Part shown: positions 33,224 through 43,748 of the stretch, in pieces | Layout of the letters: each line of letters starts with the position of its first letter | Position numbering within the stretch: the stretch's first letter is position 1 | NCBI GenBank assembly: GCA_044892525.1 | Contig: JBJFYX010000158.1 | Coordinates: forward strand, 1 to 63,791 | Length of the DNA: 63,791 bases | Source of the DNA: Schmidtea polychroa | Taxonomy: Eukaryota | Reading direction: 5' to 3' | Notes under the pieces: generated by a model | The model's database searches: none | Told to the model about the DNA's origin: nothing | What the model saw: the letters and a program-made list of their open reading frames with translations, nothing else | Translations under genes and position numbers: made by a program

Positions 33224-33797
33224 TTACCGTTCAGCTTTAACATTCTTTACTCTGCATGCTTCTACTTCTCTCTTTCTTCTTTTACTCAAGATTACCATTT
33301 TCTCTGTCTATTTTTAATTTGTCGACTTAATTTTTACCGCTCGGGAGTGTGTCCCCTTTCCCCCCTTGCTCAAAACGCACGACGATCGCGATGATCCATT
33401 TCTACATTGGCATGGTGATCAGTCATGCCGCAGAAACTTCTCATCATTTGCGATGGTACCCCGCCCTACGCTCCTCACTTAGGTTGATCGGTTATCCCCT
33501 CCCAATTGGTTTTATCGTATGATAGAACGTACCGCCCTAAGGTGGCTCGGTTTGTACCCTTACAGCCTATATTGGGACTAATTCCACGTTATTTCGGTTT
33601 TCTTTTCGTTTGATTCCAAAACAAAGTTATAAAATAAAATTAAAAGCCATAAATTACTCAGTTCACAACAAAAATTTATTCGTCATAGAAATAAAATTTA
33701 AAACTTTATTAAAATTTCACACAACAGTTACATTCATTCTCATTTAATTGTCAGTATCAATTTGATGTTCATAGATGTCATGGTAGCTGTAACAGTT

Positions 33798-34334
33798 TTA
33801 TTCACCATAATAAACCATATGAGTTTCTTTTATTTCATGCCTACATATCGTACATCGTTTTAAATCGTTCACACATTCTTCGCAGTGACTGAGGTGTCCA
33901 CGCGGCAAAAACAGTACGCGAATAGGACGAAGTTTACAAGCACGACAAGTTCGTAGTAGAGTCAGTTTTTCTTGTATTTTCCGCTCGATTGTATCTGATA
34001 TGGTATTTAGTGGATCTTTTATACGTTGATAATCAAGATTTAATGCTGGGTGGTTCAATCTCTCTTGATACCATTGATACACGGTTTCCGGGTTTACCTT
34101 CCCCTCTGGGTGACTTAGTCCTGTGGCTAATAACATGTGGTTGGGGACGGCTGGTGTTTGCCCGATTGCTTGAAGTAGTATGATGTTAATTCTTTCTCTT
34201 TTTTGTGTCAGCGTTTTAAGGGAGTCATTCTCGATGTTTATGAAGTTGATTAGTTGTTGTATCTGGTCCACGAATTCCGTCATGTCTATTAAAAAAAATG
34301 TTTCAGTAATATATGACTTCGTTTCGTCAAACAT
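33798..34334 (-). CDS. 178-aa ORF with C-terminal IAP/MDM2-type RING (one Cys replaced by Arg)
   Basis: CRACKLRPIRVLFLPRGHLSHCEECVNDLKRCTICRHEI at the extreme C-terminus, as in IAPs. No BIR domain seen. Confidence 0.75.
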   Translation of the reverse strand: MFDETKSYITETFFLIDMTEFVDQIQQLINFINIENDSLKTLTQKRERINIILLQAIGQTPAVPNHMLLATGLSHPEGKVNPETVYQWYQERLNHPALNLDYQRIKDPLNTISDTIERKIQEKLTLLRTCRACKLRPIRVLFLPRGHLSHCEECVNDLKRCTICRHEIKETHMVYYGE

Positions 34335-34584
34335 TCTCTTTTCTAACTCGTTATCGTTATTTTACTTTTATCTTATTTCTCCATCATTAAATTTGCTTTA
34401 TTTATATTCTTAATTTTATTATTTTCTATTCGTGATTTATAATAAGATTCAATAAGCATTAGTCAATTTGCACTCGCTAACCCATTGAAATCACTGATCC
34501 CCGGTGAGTTCACTCTATTCGACAGAAATTCACTCAATAACATCCTTATCCAGTTTACACTAGTCAATGGAAATTTCAATCTAA

Positions 34585-34602
34585 ATCCCGGCTGAGCCCC
34601 CA
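34585..34602 (-). promoter_or_regulatory. Primer-binding site, tRNA-Pro type
   Basis: Minus strand TGGGGGCTCAGCCGGGAT matches the classic tRNA-Pro PBS TGGGGGCTCGTCCGGGAT at 16/18; located 7 nt from the LTR. Confidence 0.85.
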
Positions 34603-34609
34603 AAAATTA

Positions 34610-37600
34610 TGTTGCGGGTACACTACTCGGATGACCCCTTTCTAGTGCAACTTTAGTCTAGAGGATGAATGCCACCTCGATTTCGCCCATCATTTATTTG
34701 GTCATCGCCGAGCGGGACCCGTACATAACTTACACTCCAACATAGCACCCGTGAATTGCTTCGCGTTGGAACTGTGCTATGCCGGCGAGACGCCAGTAAG
34801 CAGGTGAGCCAGCTCCTTCGGACTACTCCTTACTGAGGCCTCGACTTCCCAACCCTGACTGCCGATAGAAGGACTTACGTCTACTCATTCCGTCGCCCCA
34901 TCGCAATATTTCTAGCTGAGTTTACCAACTGACTAATGCTCCTCATAATTTTATGACTCTCAATACCATTTACCAATTTCAACTCAACTGTCTTAAGATG
35001 AACACAAAGAAAAAAAAACGTATGCAGACAAATATGGTTTATTATTAAGATTATCACACAAATATATCTAACACCTATACAATAAAGTTCACGACAACGG
35101 GAAAAGAGACAAGGTAAAATGTTATCAGACAATGTTCAGGTCAATTCAGAGAACGAAGACTTTTTACGGGGAAGTTCTCATTTCTCCCACTCCGAGTCTG
35201 CCAATAGATCTTCCAAATCGAAAAACTCAGAGGCGTTTTCCTCCCAGGTAACACCAGCGGCGGAGATGATTCGCCCTGAGATCACTGATGCTAAATCAAT
35301 TGCTGCAGGAGGGTTGATGACTTTGATTGGATGATCCGACGATTGCTGGTTCTGTTTGGCGGTTACGCGTTCCCGCTGTTTCTTTTTGCGTTCGGCTCTC
35401 GATAATTGCCGACGCTTTGGCTTCGATGCCGTTGGGTTGATCGGGGGTGCTGCGGAGGTGGATGCTATCGCAGGTAGCACTTTACTGGTTCCGGTAAAGA
35501 TGATTTCTGGCCCTTTAGGTGAGAGCTCGGTCTCTACGCACCCATGGCAGGACTTTCCGACTGGAGAAGAAGATCCGCCAGAGATATCATGATGCGCGGG
35601 GAAAAGATTACTGGCTTCATTAATTGGGATCTTCGCGATCTTCCTTGTAGTCGCGGCCTGGACGTATAATTTGTGCAGCGCCTCCGACTGCTCTTTTATC
35701 AGGCTCCTCTGCGCCCGACTCTCGGAAATCAACGCGTCTCTACAGTGCTCGCTTCGGTGCAGCTTCTTCTGAACCTCCTTCATCTGGGTGGGACTAAACC
35801 ATGTCCCCTCTAACTCATCTATCCTTCTTTTGTGTTTTCCGATTTGGGCCTGGAGCTCTTTGATAATTGAATTCTTGTCGGAGCAAGAAAAACAAGGTCG
35901 AAGAACGGACTTGGAATTTGGCAACATTTTGAGCGACTGTGAAAAAAGAAAATGAAAATAATTAAATCAGCGGGAGTGTCACCATCTGACTACATTCATA
36001 CTGTACTGATCATAGACAAAAATATGGGTTTACCAGTCAAGACAAGTTCTACTACGCGATGGATTCTCGTACCCTTTCGGGGCTTTGATTATAAGAAGAT
36101 AAATCGATCAAACCAGATTTCACACAAGGAAAAGGAAGATATTACTATTTGTGAGAGAAATCTAGGTCGATGAAAAGGATTATTTATTTAATCCGCTTGG
36201 AGTCATTATTTCACGTTTACCGAGAATCGATTTAAATTGTCGACTTCTCCCCCCGTACGAGTGCTTTTAATGAGTGTATCATATACTGGGGTCGAGTGAC
36301 TATCTATGGAAAAGGGGTCCATAATGCCTGTTGATTAGTTCCTACAGGATAAACGGAAGGTTATTTAAATTTTTAATTGTTTATTCATTCTCTTTAATTA
36401 CTCACATATATGTTTTACCTGGTTTACATAATATTTATTTAACAATATTCGATATTTATATTAATGATAACTATGTCAAAAAATGAGATAATTTCGGTGC
36501 CATTCATGCTAAGATAATACAGAGAGAATAATCATAATTATGATCGAGTTTATCATTAAAAATTAGTGTCTTTATAACAACTGAGCACGGTATCCGTGTG
36601 AGCTAGTAGTCGACCATACCCGCTGGGTAGATAAGGTAATGTCAGCCCAGTGATTGACTCTTAATCCGGAGCGGTGAAATCTGATAGCTGTCGGTAGTTT
36701 AATTGGCATGTTCGATCTAATTTTACATGAGTAGATGCGTGTGTGACTTTGCCTACTGTACTTGGCTACTAGGTACGTCTGCAACTGGTGACGCATGCAA
36801 GGTGCGCTTTCACACACCTAATTATACTACAAATGCAGGCGTTGAAGGTTTGCATGATGGCATTCTCTCAGAATTTTATCCACCGCGTAATCACTCACAA
36901 TTCTACGGCATATGGTGATGATTTACTAATTCTCGCCGGATTATTGGAAAAATTCTAATTATCTGGATTGCAAATGTTGGATATAGCTTGCTCCAAGGGT
37001 GGATTTTTCGTCTTCAATTCCTCAAGCCTAGTTTATCAATCTACTCTCTAAGTGCTGGAGGATTTTTTCCTATCTCTGCTGGATTGCCAACCTCATGTAA
37101 TACTGGAATTTTGTATTTAACAAGATTATCGGCTAACTGGAAGAAATATATTTTCTTGGTTCGAATTGGTTGCATTTTCCATTGTTAAATTATTTGATGC
37201 CAATAGTTTAGGTAATTATGATAATTAATTGTATGTAAATATTTTTATACAAATAAAAAAAATTAATTGAAGTAAATTATTTTATGTAATTCAAAATTTT
37301 ATTTGGAACAAACTCGTTTTATGAAGTTCTAACAATTATCTGTAATAAATTATTTTACGTAGTTCTACAATTTATCCGTAAACAGTCATTTTGAATAATT
37401 CCAATAATTATCTGAAGTAATCTACTTTGAGCTTCCTTGCAACTATGTCTTTAAGAGAACTTTTAGATGAACGGAATAATAGTTCAAAGGGTTTTAGGGT
37501 AACAATTGGTCGGAACAGATTCTGAGTGAAAGGTATGAACATCAAAGATATGTCACAGATAGCCTCATTAAGGTTTGAACAATTTTTGACGCACAACCTA

Positions 37601-38717
37601 TATTGATGATAGAGAAATTTTTAGGCTTAGCAAAAACGATATTTGAAGACGATAGTGTGACACCCTCAATCACTGCGCGAATACATCAAAATTCTCCGAT
37701 TCCTTTATTACATATCTTTGTTTTCAATCACTACATGACTATCAATTTTCTGCCACCATTTACCTATAGATTTTAGTCGCACCTTCAGCAATTGGACCCG
37801 TGAAGAAGCCCTCACATTTCGGCCCAATCTAGCTGCGTGATTGAAATACCCTATGTCCACCGGTGGAGCTCCCGGAGGCACCTCACACCATGACATAGAG
37901 TATCTCAACGCCACGTTTCTCGCAAAATTGAATAGTCTCCAATAATAATTCATAAAAATTAATTCATAAAAGATCAATAATTCTTAACGAGCAAATCATT
38001 TATTATCGAGCAAATTATTTAAATAAAGCATTCTAAAATCAAACGAAAAGAAAAACCATTTTTTCTTTTTAAATTAAAAATATTATTAAACTATACGCAT
38101 TACTTAAAAATTCAAAATAAGCAATCAAAAAATCCTTACCGAATGATTGATACAAGTATGGGCTGAGTCGAAAAGGGTACTATGTCGAATCAGTTAATGC
38201 TCGAATATCGTCTAGTTCTGTAAAAATCTCTTGAATCTTGGAATTGTCCTCGTGAGTTATCGTGCGTTAGTTGCTGGAGTTCTGTTCTGTCGTAGAATAG
38301 ATTTACCTATTGAGGTGGTTGATTAACAGTGATTGTTATGTTTTTAATGCCTGCTTATATATTAATTTTTTGTTTGCGCGGACCAATTAGAATTGAGTAC
38401 CGCTTAATTTTATTAATTTAATTTATTTTCCTTGTTTTTGAGTTATTTCTTCTTACTTTCTTTATTAAAATTATGTTTTTATTTATTTTTCTTAATTTTC
38501 TTATTATTTACTATATTTTACGTTGTTTTCCGCCATTCTATTGTCCTATTTTAATTTTTTCTCATCTTTATATTTTTTGTTTTAATTCCTATTTTCTAAT
38601 TATTGTTTTTCTTATGTTTTATTCTATTTTGTTTGTCAATTTATTTGTTTTTATTTTTTATTTTATTTTAGTTAAGTTTGCCCTAATTTCCCAACTACCC
38701 TTCGATTCAGCCCAACA
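34610..38717 (-). repeat. LTR 2 (shared central LTR)
   Basis: Flanked by internal-region sequence on both sides. Confidence 0.97.
35178..35927 (-). CDS. LTR-embedded 249-aa ORF, copy 2
   Basis: Identical translation to 14678-15427. Confidence 0.55.
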   Translation of the reverse strand: MLPNSKSVLRPCFSCSDKNSIIKELQAQIGKHKRRIDELEGTWFSPTQMKEVQKKLHRSEHCRDALISESRAQRSLIKEQSEALHKLYVQAATTRKIAKIPINEASNLFPAHHDISGGSSSPVGKSCHGCVETELSPKGPEIIFTGTSKVLPAIASTSAAPPINPTASKPKRRQLSRAERKKKQRERVTAKQNQQSSDHPIKVINPPAAIDLASVISGRIISAAGVTWEENASEFFDLEDLLADSEWEK

Positions 38718-39077
38718 AATCACTCGGGGACCCATCAAAATTGCGTCCCGCAATTGCATAGTTATCTTACTTCATGCATTCATAAAAAGGATATATCGAA
38801 ACAATTATACTACAATAATAAAAACAATTTTATTCTAAGATATAGGTCAAATCAAGACCAAGCAAGTATCACTTAAGGTGATAGTTTGTATATACAATAA
38901 AAGTTTCTACATATGATAACACCAATGTTTGAGTTAGAGTTTATGAACTGTTAACCATTTGATGCTTCTGCCGGCGGTTGTTGGTTGGTTTGAATATTGA
39001 TGTTGAGATAGGTCTGACTGTAAGAATTCGGCTGGATTGGTTGGTTACTCGGGATTCGAGGTCGGAATGGGGTTGGG

Positions 39078-39560
39078 TTAAGATTTGTCAGTGGCACTTC
39101 TTGAGAATTTTTCGTAAATCTTCATGAGTATTGGTAGACATAGGAGGAGGGTTTCTGCGATCACCACATATATGAGATAATGGGTGTCATTGATTTCGGG
39201 AGGTGGTTTTGGCTTTTCTACAAGATTTTCAAAATTCTCTTGTTGCATTTGTTGTTCTAACTGGTCGAATTGTTGGATTTGTTCGAGGATTTGTTTGTTT
39301 ATCATTTTACAAATGGGATTCTTTTTACACATTGTTTGGATGTTGTTGATGTGTGAACGGGTTGATTGAAGGGTTTGGATGATATGGATTTTTACTGTCA
39401 TAGGGTATGTGCATTGGCCGGATTCTCGTTTAGGTTCTTGATTTTGATTTCGGTAATCTCGCACGATTTTCGGTTGGGCGTTTACTTGTTTGTTCTCCGT
39501 CAGAATCATCAATACCGTCATTGTTATCATCATCTCGCCTCGCATGATACTATTATACAT
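39078..39560 (-). CDS. 160-aa membrane cargo ORF, copy 2
   Basis: Identical translation, offset +20500. Confidence 0.6.
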   Translation of the reverse strand: MYNSIMRGEMMITMTVLMILTENKQVNAQPKIVRDYRNQNQEPKRESGQCTYPMTVKIHIIQTLQSTRSHINNIQTMCKKNPICKMINKQILEQIQQFDQLEQQMQQENFENLVEKPKPPPEINDTHYLIYVVIAETLLLCLPILMKIYEKFSRSATDKS

Positions 39561-39601
39561 TCATTATGGTTTATTTACAATTGGTTTTAGTGACCCTTAA
39601 T

Positions 39602-40363
39602 TTAATGATTCTGGTTTGGGTTATTTTCGGCGATTCTCATCAGGGTGGATTCCGCTTTAATGACTCTGTGTCTTAACTCGGGCAGCATTTCCAACTGTCT
39701 GTTCTTTTCACGGGCCTCCCTTTTCATGTGCCTTATCTCCTTTTTCAGTCTCTTGATTTCTTCCCGTTTTTTGTCGAGATTCCTTCTTAGTTCGATTTGT
39801 AGGAAATCCTGTTCGTTTTCCTGCGAAAGGTTTCGTTGTTGTTGTTGTTGTTGTTTTCTCTCGATCTCTTGGTACTTGCGAATCCATTTCTTCATTTCCT
39901 CACTTTCTCGTTGTTTTTCCTCCAATTGTCGATTTAATTTATTTATAGTTATTTGGTGTTCTTTCGCCTCTGTTTTCCAATAATCTTGGATTACTTCTTC
40001 TGCCTTGAAGCTTGCCCTCTCTTGCCATAGTTCCTCTGCAATCTTTTCCCAGTTTCTTCCTCGTGTTCGTTGTTCTTGCAACCATTCATTCTTCTCTTCA
40101 GCTTCTCTCTTTATTTCTCCTAACGCTTCGCACTCCTTCTTTAGTATTTTAATCATTTTTCGGTCTTCTATATATTTGTTTATTAGTCTCTCGTTTTCGT
40201 CCCTCTCTTCCCGTAACTTGGCCTTTAACGTTTGTGTTTCTGTTGTTTCTGCCTCAATCTCTCCCTCTTCCACGTCGCTCGTAATTTCTATTATTTCCTC
40301 GATTTTCATATCTGTAATATGTACAGTTAATGGTGCGCTATAGTGCGACTTATACTTATGCAT
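39602..40363 (-). CDS. 253-aa coiled-coil cargo ORF, copy 2
   Basis: Identical translation, offset +20500. Confidence 0.7.
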   Translation of the reverse strand: MHKYKSHYSAPLTVHITDMKIEEIIEITSDVEEGEIEAETTETQTLKAKLREERDENERLINKYIEDRKMIKILKKECEALGEIKREAEEKNEWLQEQRTRGRNWEKIAEELWQERASFKAEEVIQDYWKTEAKEHQITINKLNRQLEEKQRESEEMKKWIRKYQEIERKQQQQQQRNLSQENEQDFLQIELRRNLDKKREEIKRLKKEIRHMKREAREKNRQLEMLPELRHRVIKAESTLMRIAENNPNQNH

Positions 40364-40420
40364 TTATATAAAATTTTAATAGTTCGGGTTACAGTCCCTT
40401 GAATACTTTTACAATACTTT

Positions 40421-40460
<40 letters not shown>

Positions 40461-40505
40461 TTGGGATATACGTCCCGATTTTTGTTTTTATCTTTTTATT
40501 CACCC

Positions 40506-41561
40506 TTATACGAAGGTTTCCTCCTGTCCCACATAACCTTCGTCACTATCGACCGCTGGATGCAGCTGTATCGCAATAGGGTCATAGGGTAGGTAATATT
40601 GGGGGATTTGAGCTCTCAATTCACTAACTTCGTCTCTTAGAGCTCGAGTGATATTCAGCTCTTCGTCGAGCAGATAAGTGAGATACCTTGTCTCTTCGTC
40701 TTTCGCCTCTACTTGTCTATCTAAGGCCTTGATTTTCTCGTCGCCCTTCCATTTTTCAATTTCTATTTCCAAGTTTTTGATGTTTTCGGTATACATTTTC
40801 CTCTCGTTTTCCAATTTTCTGTTTTTTCCCGCCAGGACCATGTTTCTTTGTTCTAACGATCCTTGTAATCCATTAAGGTCTCTTTTCATCTCTTCGACCT
40901 GATTTACCAATTCCACCACCCGTCCTGCTTGCTGGGTTATCATCTCTTCCATTGCGGCATTCTCGTGCTCTCTTATGTCGCATTTTATTGCCAAATGTCG
41001 TTCAAACTCCATAGCCTTCATCTGCCATGTTTGGCTTCGGGCGGCGACCTTTTTCAACCGTTTCAGTTCTTCCTTTATTATTAAATTTTCCTCCCATTTA
41101 CCCTGTTCGCTCTCATATCCGAGTCTCATGGGCAATTCTTTCATCTCTTTTTTCATTTCATTGCTTTGTCTTTTCCATTTTCTCGCTTCTGCCACTAAGT
41201 GCATCATTTTCCTTCCTTCTATTTGCTTTTCCGCTTCGCGCTTGGTGTTTTCATCGGTAAGTCTCTTTCTCGCTTCCTGCACTAGCTGCTTTAAGTAGTG
41301 GCTGTGCGCTTCTTGGCGGGTATTTTCTAGTGACGCCCATTTTGATGCTCTTTTGCATGCTTCTGCTTCCGCTCTTAAGTTGTGTATTAACCATTGGTAT
41401 TGACTATTCTCATCCTCTCTAGTTTCTTCGATGTGATTTCGGGTGAGATTAGTTAGTTGGAACATTACTTTGTTCCATTTTTTGTTATGTTCTCGGGGAA
41501 TTTGTGTCTTGTTGACATTGGTTGGGGCTATCGCAGTTTCGGTTAGTTTCTCTTGTGTCAT
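40506..41561 (-). CDS. 351-aa coiled-coil cargo ORF, copy 2
   Basis: Identical translation, offset +20500. Confidence 0.75.
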   Translation of the reverse strand: MTQEKLTETAIAPTNVNKTQIPREHNKKWNKVMFQLTNLTRNHIEETREDENSQYQWLIHNLRAEAEACKRASKWASLENTRQEAHSHYLKQLVQEARKRLTDENTKREAEKQIEGRKMMHLVAEARKWKRQSNEMKKEMKELPMRLGYESEQGKWEENLIIKEELKRLKKVAARSQTWQMKAMEFERHLAIKCDIREHENAAMEEMITQQAGRVVELVNQVEEMKRDLNGLQGSLEQRNMVLAGKNRKLENERKMYTENIKNLEIEIEKWKGDEKIKALDRQVEAKDEETRYLTYLLDEELNITRALRDEVSELRAQIPQYYLPYDPIAIQLHPAVDSDEGYVGQEETFV

Positions 41562-41754
41562 CTCTAAATCATAGACATCGATTAATCTTTTTATTATGAA
41601 AAAGGAATTTATTCATTATTTACTGTTTCTTGGGAAATTTTCGCATCATTTTTGGGTTTTCGTATTTAGGGTTTTCATACTATTATTATATAATATTTTA
41701 TTGGTTATATACACCGATATATACAGATTATTATATACAACATTATTCGATTGG

Positions 41755-43143
41755 TTACTCCGTTCTACCCTTCTCCTCTTTCCTCACGGTCATCTTGATA
41801 TACACCGTGTCATTTCTTGCCATATCTTCTACTTTTTGTTGTAGGATGAACGTAGGTGCTCCTGTTGCTGATCCTTCTTCTGCCGTAGGTCTCTGGTAAC
41901 ACATTTGGTTTCCAGTTGTCTTGAAGCTTTGTTCGTGGATGCTTCGGTCATTCATTAGTGCAATATCGATTTTTGCCTGGAACGGCCACTCTATTATTTC
42001 GTCGTATTCCCCTTTACATAACAGAAAGAAAATCGAAAAGTGCGTATCTAATCCGGTTCCGTCCCCGTTGGGATATATCTTCATTTTCATTTTGTACCCA
42101 TTTTTCCAAGAATGGAATGCAGGACTTGTTATTCTTGTCTCTTCTCCGGTTTTTGCTTTTCGTATTCTTTCTTTTACTCCCGTTATTTTCCATATGTAGG
42201 GTGCTGTTGGGGTTATCTCATTTAGATTTATTTCCCGTATTTTCTGATGTAGCTCCTTGGCCTGATTATTACTGATTTCTATTCGGTTTATTTGCATCTT
42301 TATGTTTGCTCGGGCTTCTTCTAACGCTTCCCTTTCTTCTAGTAGTTCTTTGACTAACACTTTCAACGATGTTATCTCTATCTCCATTTGTTTTACTTTC
42401 TCTTCGCTTTCTTGTAACGCAGTCGACCACATTTCTGCGTGGGTTGAAGCATTTTCTACTAAATGATGTGGTAACTCACCTCGGTGTAGTAGTTTCTGAC
42501 AACCCCATCTACCTAGTACACATGTCATTCTTTTCTTTTCGCATTCCCTTAGATGCTGTGCCACCTTCATTATTTCCCCTTGGTTACATCCGTTTGGGCA
42601 TTCCGCACTGAACTCTGCACATACTCTCTCCTCTTGGACATTGTGATGTTTGAGGGTGAGATTTTTCCACGTATCTATTTCTCCACAGTGTTCACATCTT
42701 TCCAATCTCTCTTCACACTGCCTTTGATGCTCTTTTTCTTCGCTTGCTCGAATGGTTTTATGGCACCTTTCACACTGGCCAATTCTGTACATACATTCTC
42801 CCATATGTTGTACTACCTTCCATATTACTCCTTTCCATTCGCATGGGGCATTTTTGCATCCCAGGTTGGTGTTTAACATGTCTTTCACTGCGGCTTTATC
42901 CTCGTTAGTGTCTTCTAACCTCGATATTAGTGTCTCTTTACACACCGGGCACCTCTGTGGTCTATTCTTTATTGCTTCACTGATACATTCTTTACATACT
43001 CTGCATCCACATTGCGTTTGGTGAGGTTCCTTTAACAACTTTTCACATATTCCGCACATAACATGTTTGTGTATTCTGATCGTTGTAGATTTTCGGACTT
43101 GCTCGACAATCTCTCTGAACTCTTCTCTTTGTCGTTTATCCAT
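41755..43143 (-). CDS. TRAF: TRAF-like protein, copy 2
   Basis: Identical translation to 21255-22643. Confidence 0.95.
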   Translation of the reverse strand: MDKRQREEFREIVEQVRKSTTIRIHKHVMCGICEKLLKEPHQTQCGCRVCKECISEAIKNRPQRCPVCKETLISRLEDTNEDKAAVKDMLNTNLGCKNAPCEWKGVIWKVVQHMGECMYRIGQCERCHKTIRASEEKEHQRQCEERLERCEHCGEIDTWKNLTLKHHNVQEERVCAEFSAECPNGCNQGEIMKVAQHLRECEKKRMTCVLGRWGCQKLLHRGELPHHLVENASTHAEMWSTALQESEEKVKQMEIEITSLKVLVKELLEEREALEEARANIKMQINRIEISNNQAKELHQKIREINLNEITPTAPYIWKITGVKERIRKAKTGEETRITSPAFHSWKNGYKMKMKIYPNGDGTGLDTHFSIFFLLCKGEYDEIIEWPFQAKIDIALMNDRSIHEQSFKTTGNQMCYQRPTAEEGSATGAPTFILQQKVEDMARNDTVYIKMTVRKEEKGRTE

Positions 43144-43228
43144 TCTATAATTATATGTACAAATAGTTCTTATCGATACAGGTTCGATATTTTATTTACA
43201 ATTATTTACATTTTAAGCTAGGTTTGGT

Positions 43229-43588
43229 TTAGGGTTCGGAAGAGTCGGCTTCGTGTCCGCTCTCCTCTCTATTCATTAGCCATTCCGACCAGTCTTCTAT
43301 TTCTGTCTGTTCTGCTTCCTCCATCATTCTGTCTAGCTCGATTTCCTGTCTACGGCTATATTGGGTTATCCTCTCTATCTCTCTTTGCATTTGTTCGATT
43401 TTCAATCTCTGGTCTTCAATTATTTTCAAATAACTAAATCCTCTATTCATACTCTCGATTAGGTTTCTGTGCATCGTCAATCCTTGTTCTTGCAAATTGG
43501 ACACTAATTGTGCTAATACGGCACATTGTTGCTTCCATAATTCTTCAGTTACTGTATTGTGGTTCATTTCGTTATTTCCTTGATCCAT
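43229..43588 (-). CDS. ~119-aa cargo ORF, copy 2
   Basis: Identical translation, offset +20500. Confidence 0.55.
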   Translation of the reverse strand: MDQGNNEMNHNTVTEELWKQQCAVLAQLVSNLQEQGLTMHRNLIESMNRGFSYLKIIEDQRLKIEQMQREIERITQYSRRQEIELDRMMEEAEQTEIEDWSEWLMNREESGHEADSSEP

Positions 43589-43748
43589 TCTTAATTTATA
43601 TACACTTTTCAACTCTTATTTAACTTTAATTTTATTTTATGATTCCCGTTATTGTATAATATTGATACCGCGCTTATATAAAGATATAGTACTGTTATAT
43701 ACATAAGATATACTTACTTTTTACAATTATATACAGTCATATTCCTTT

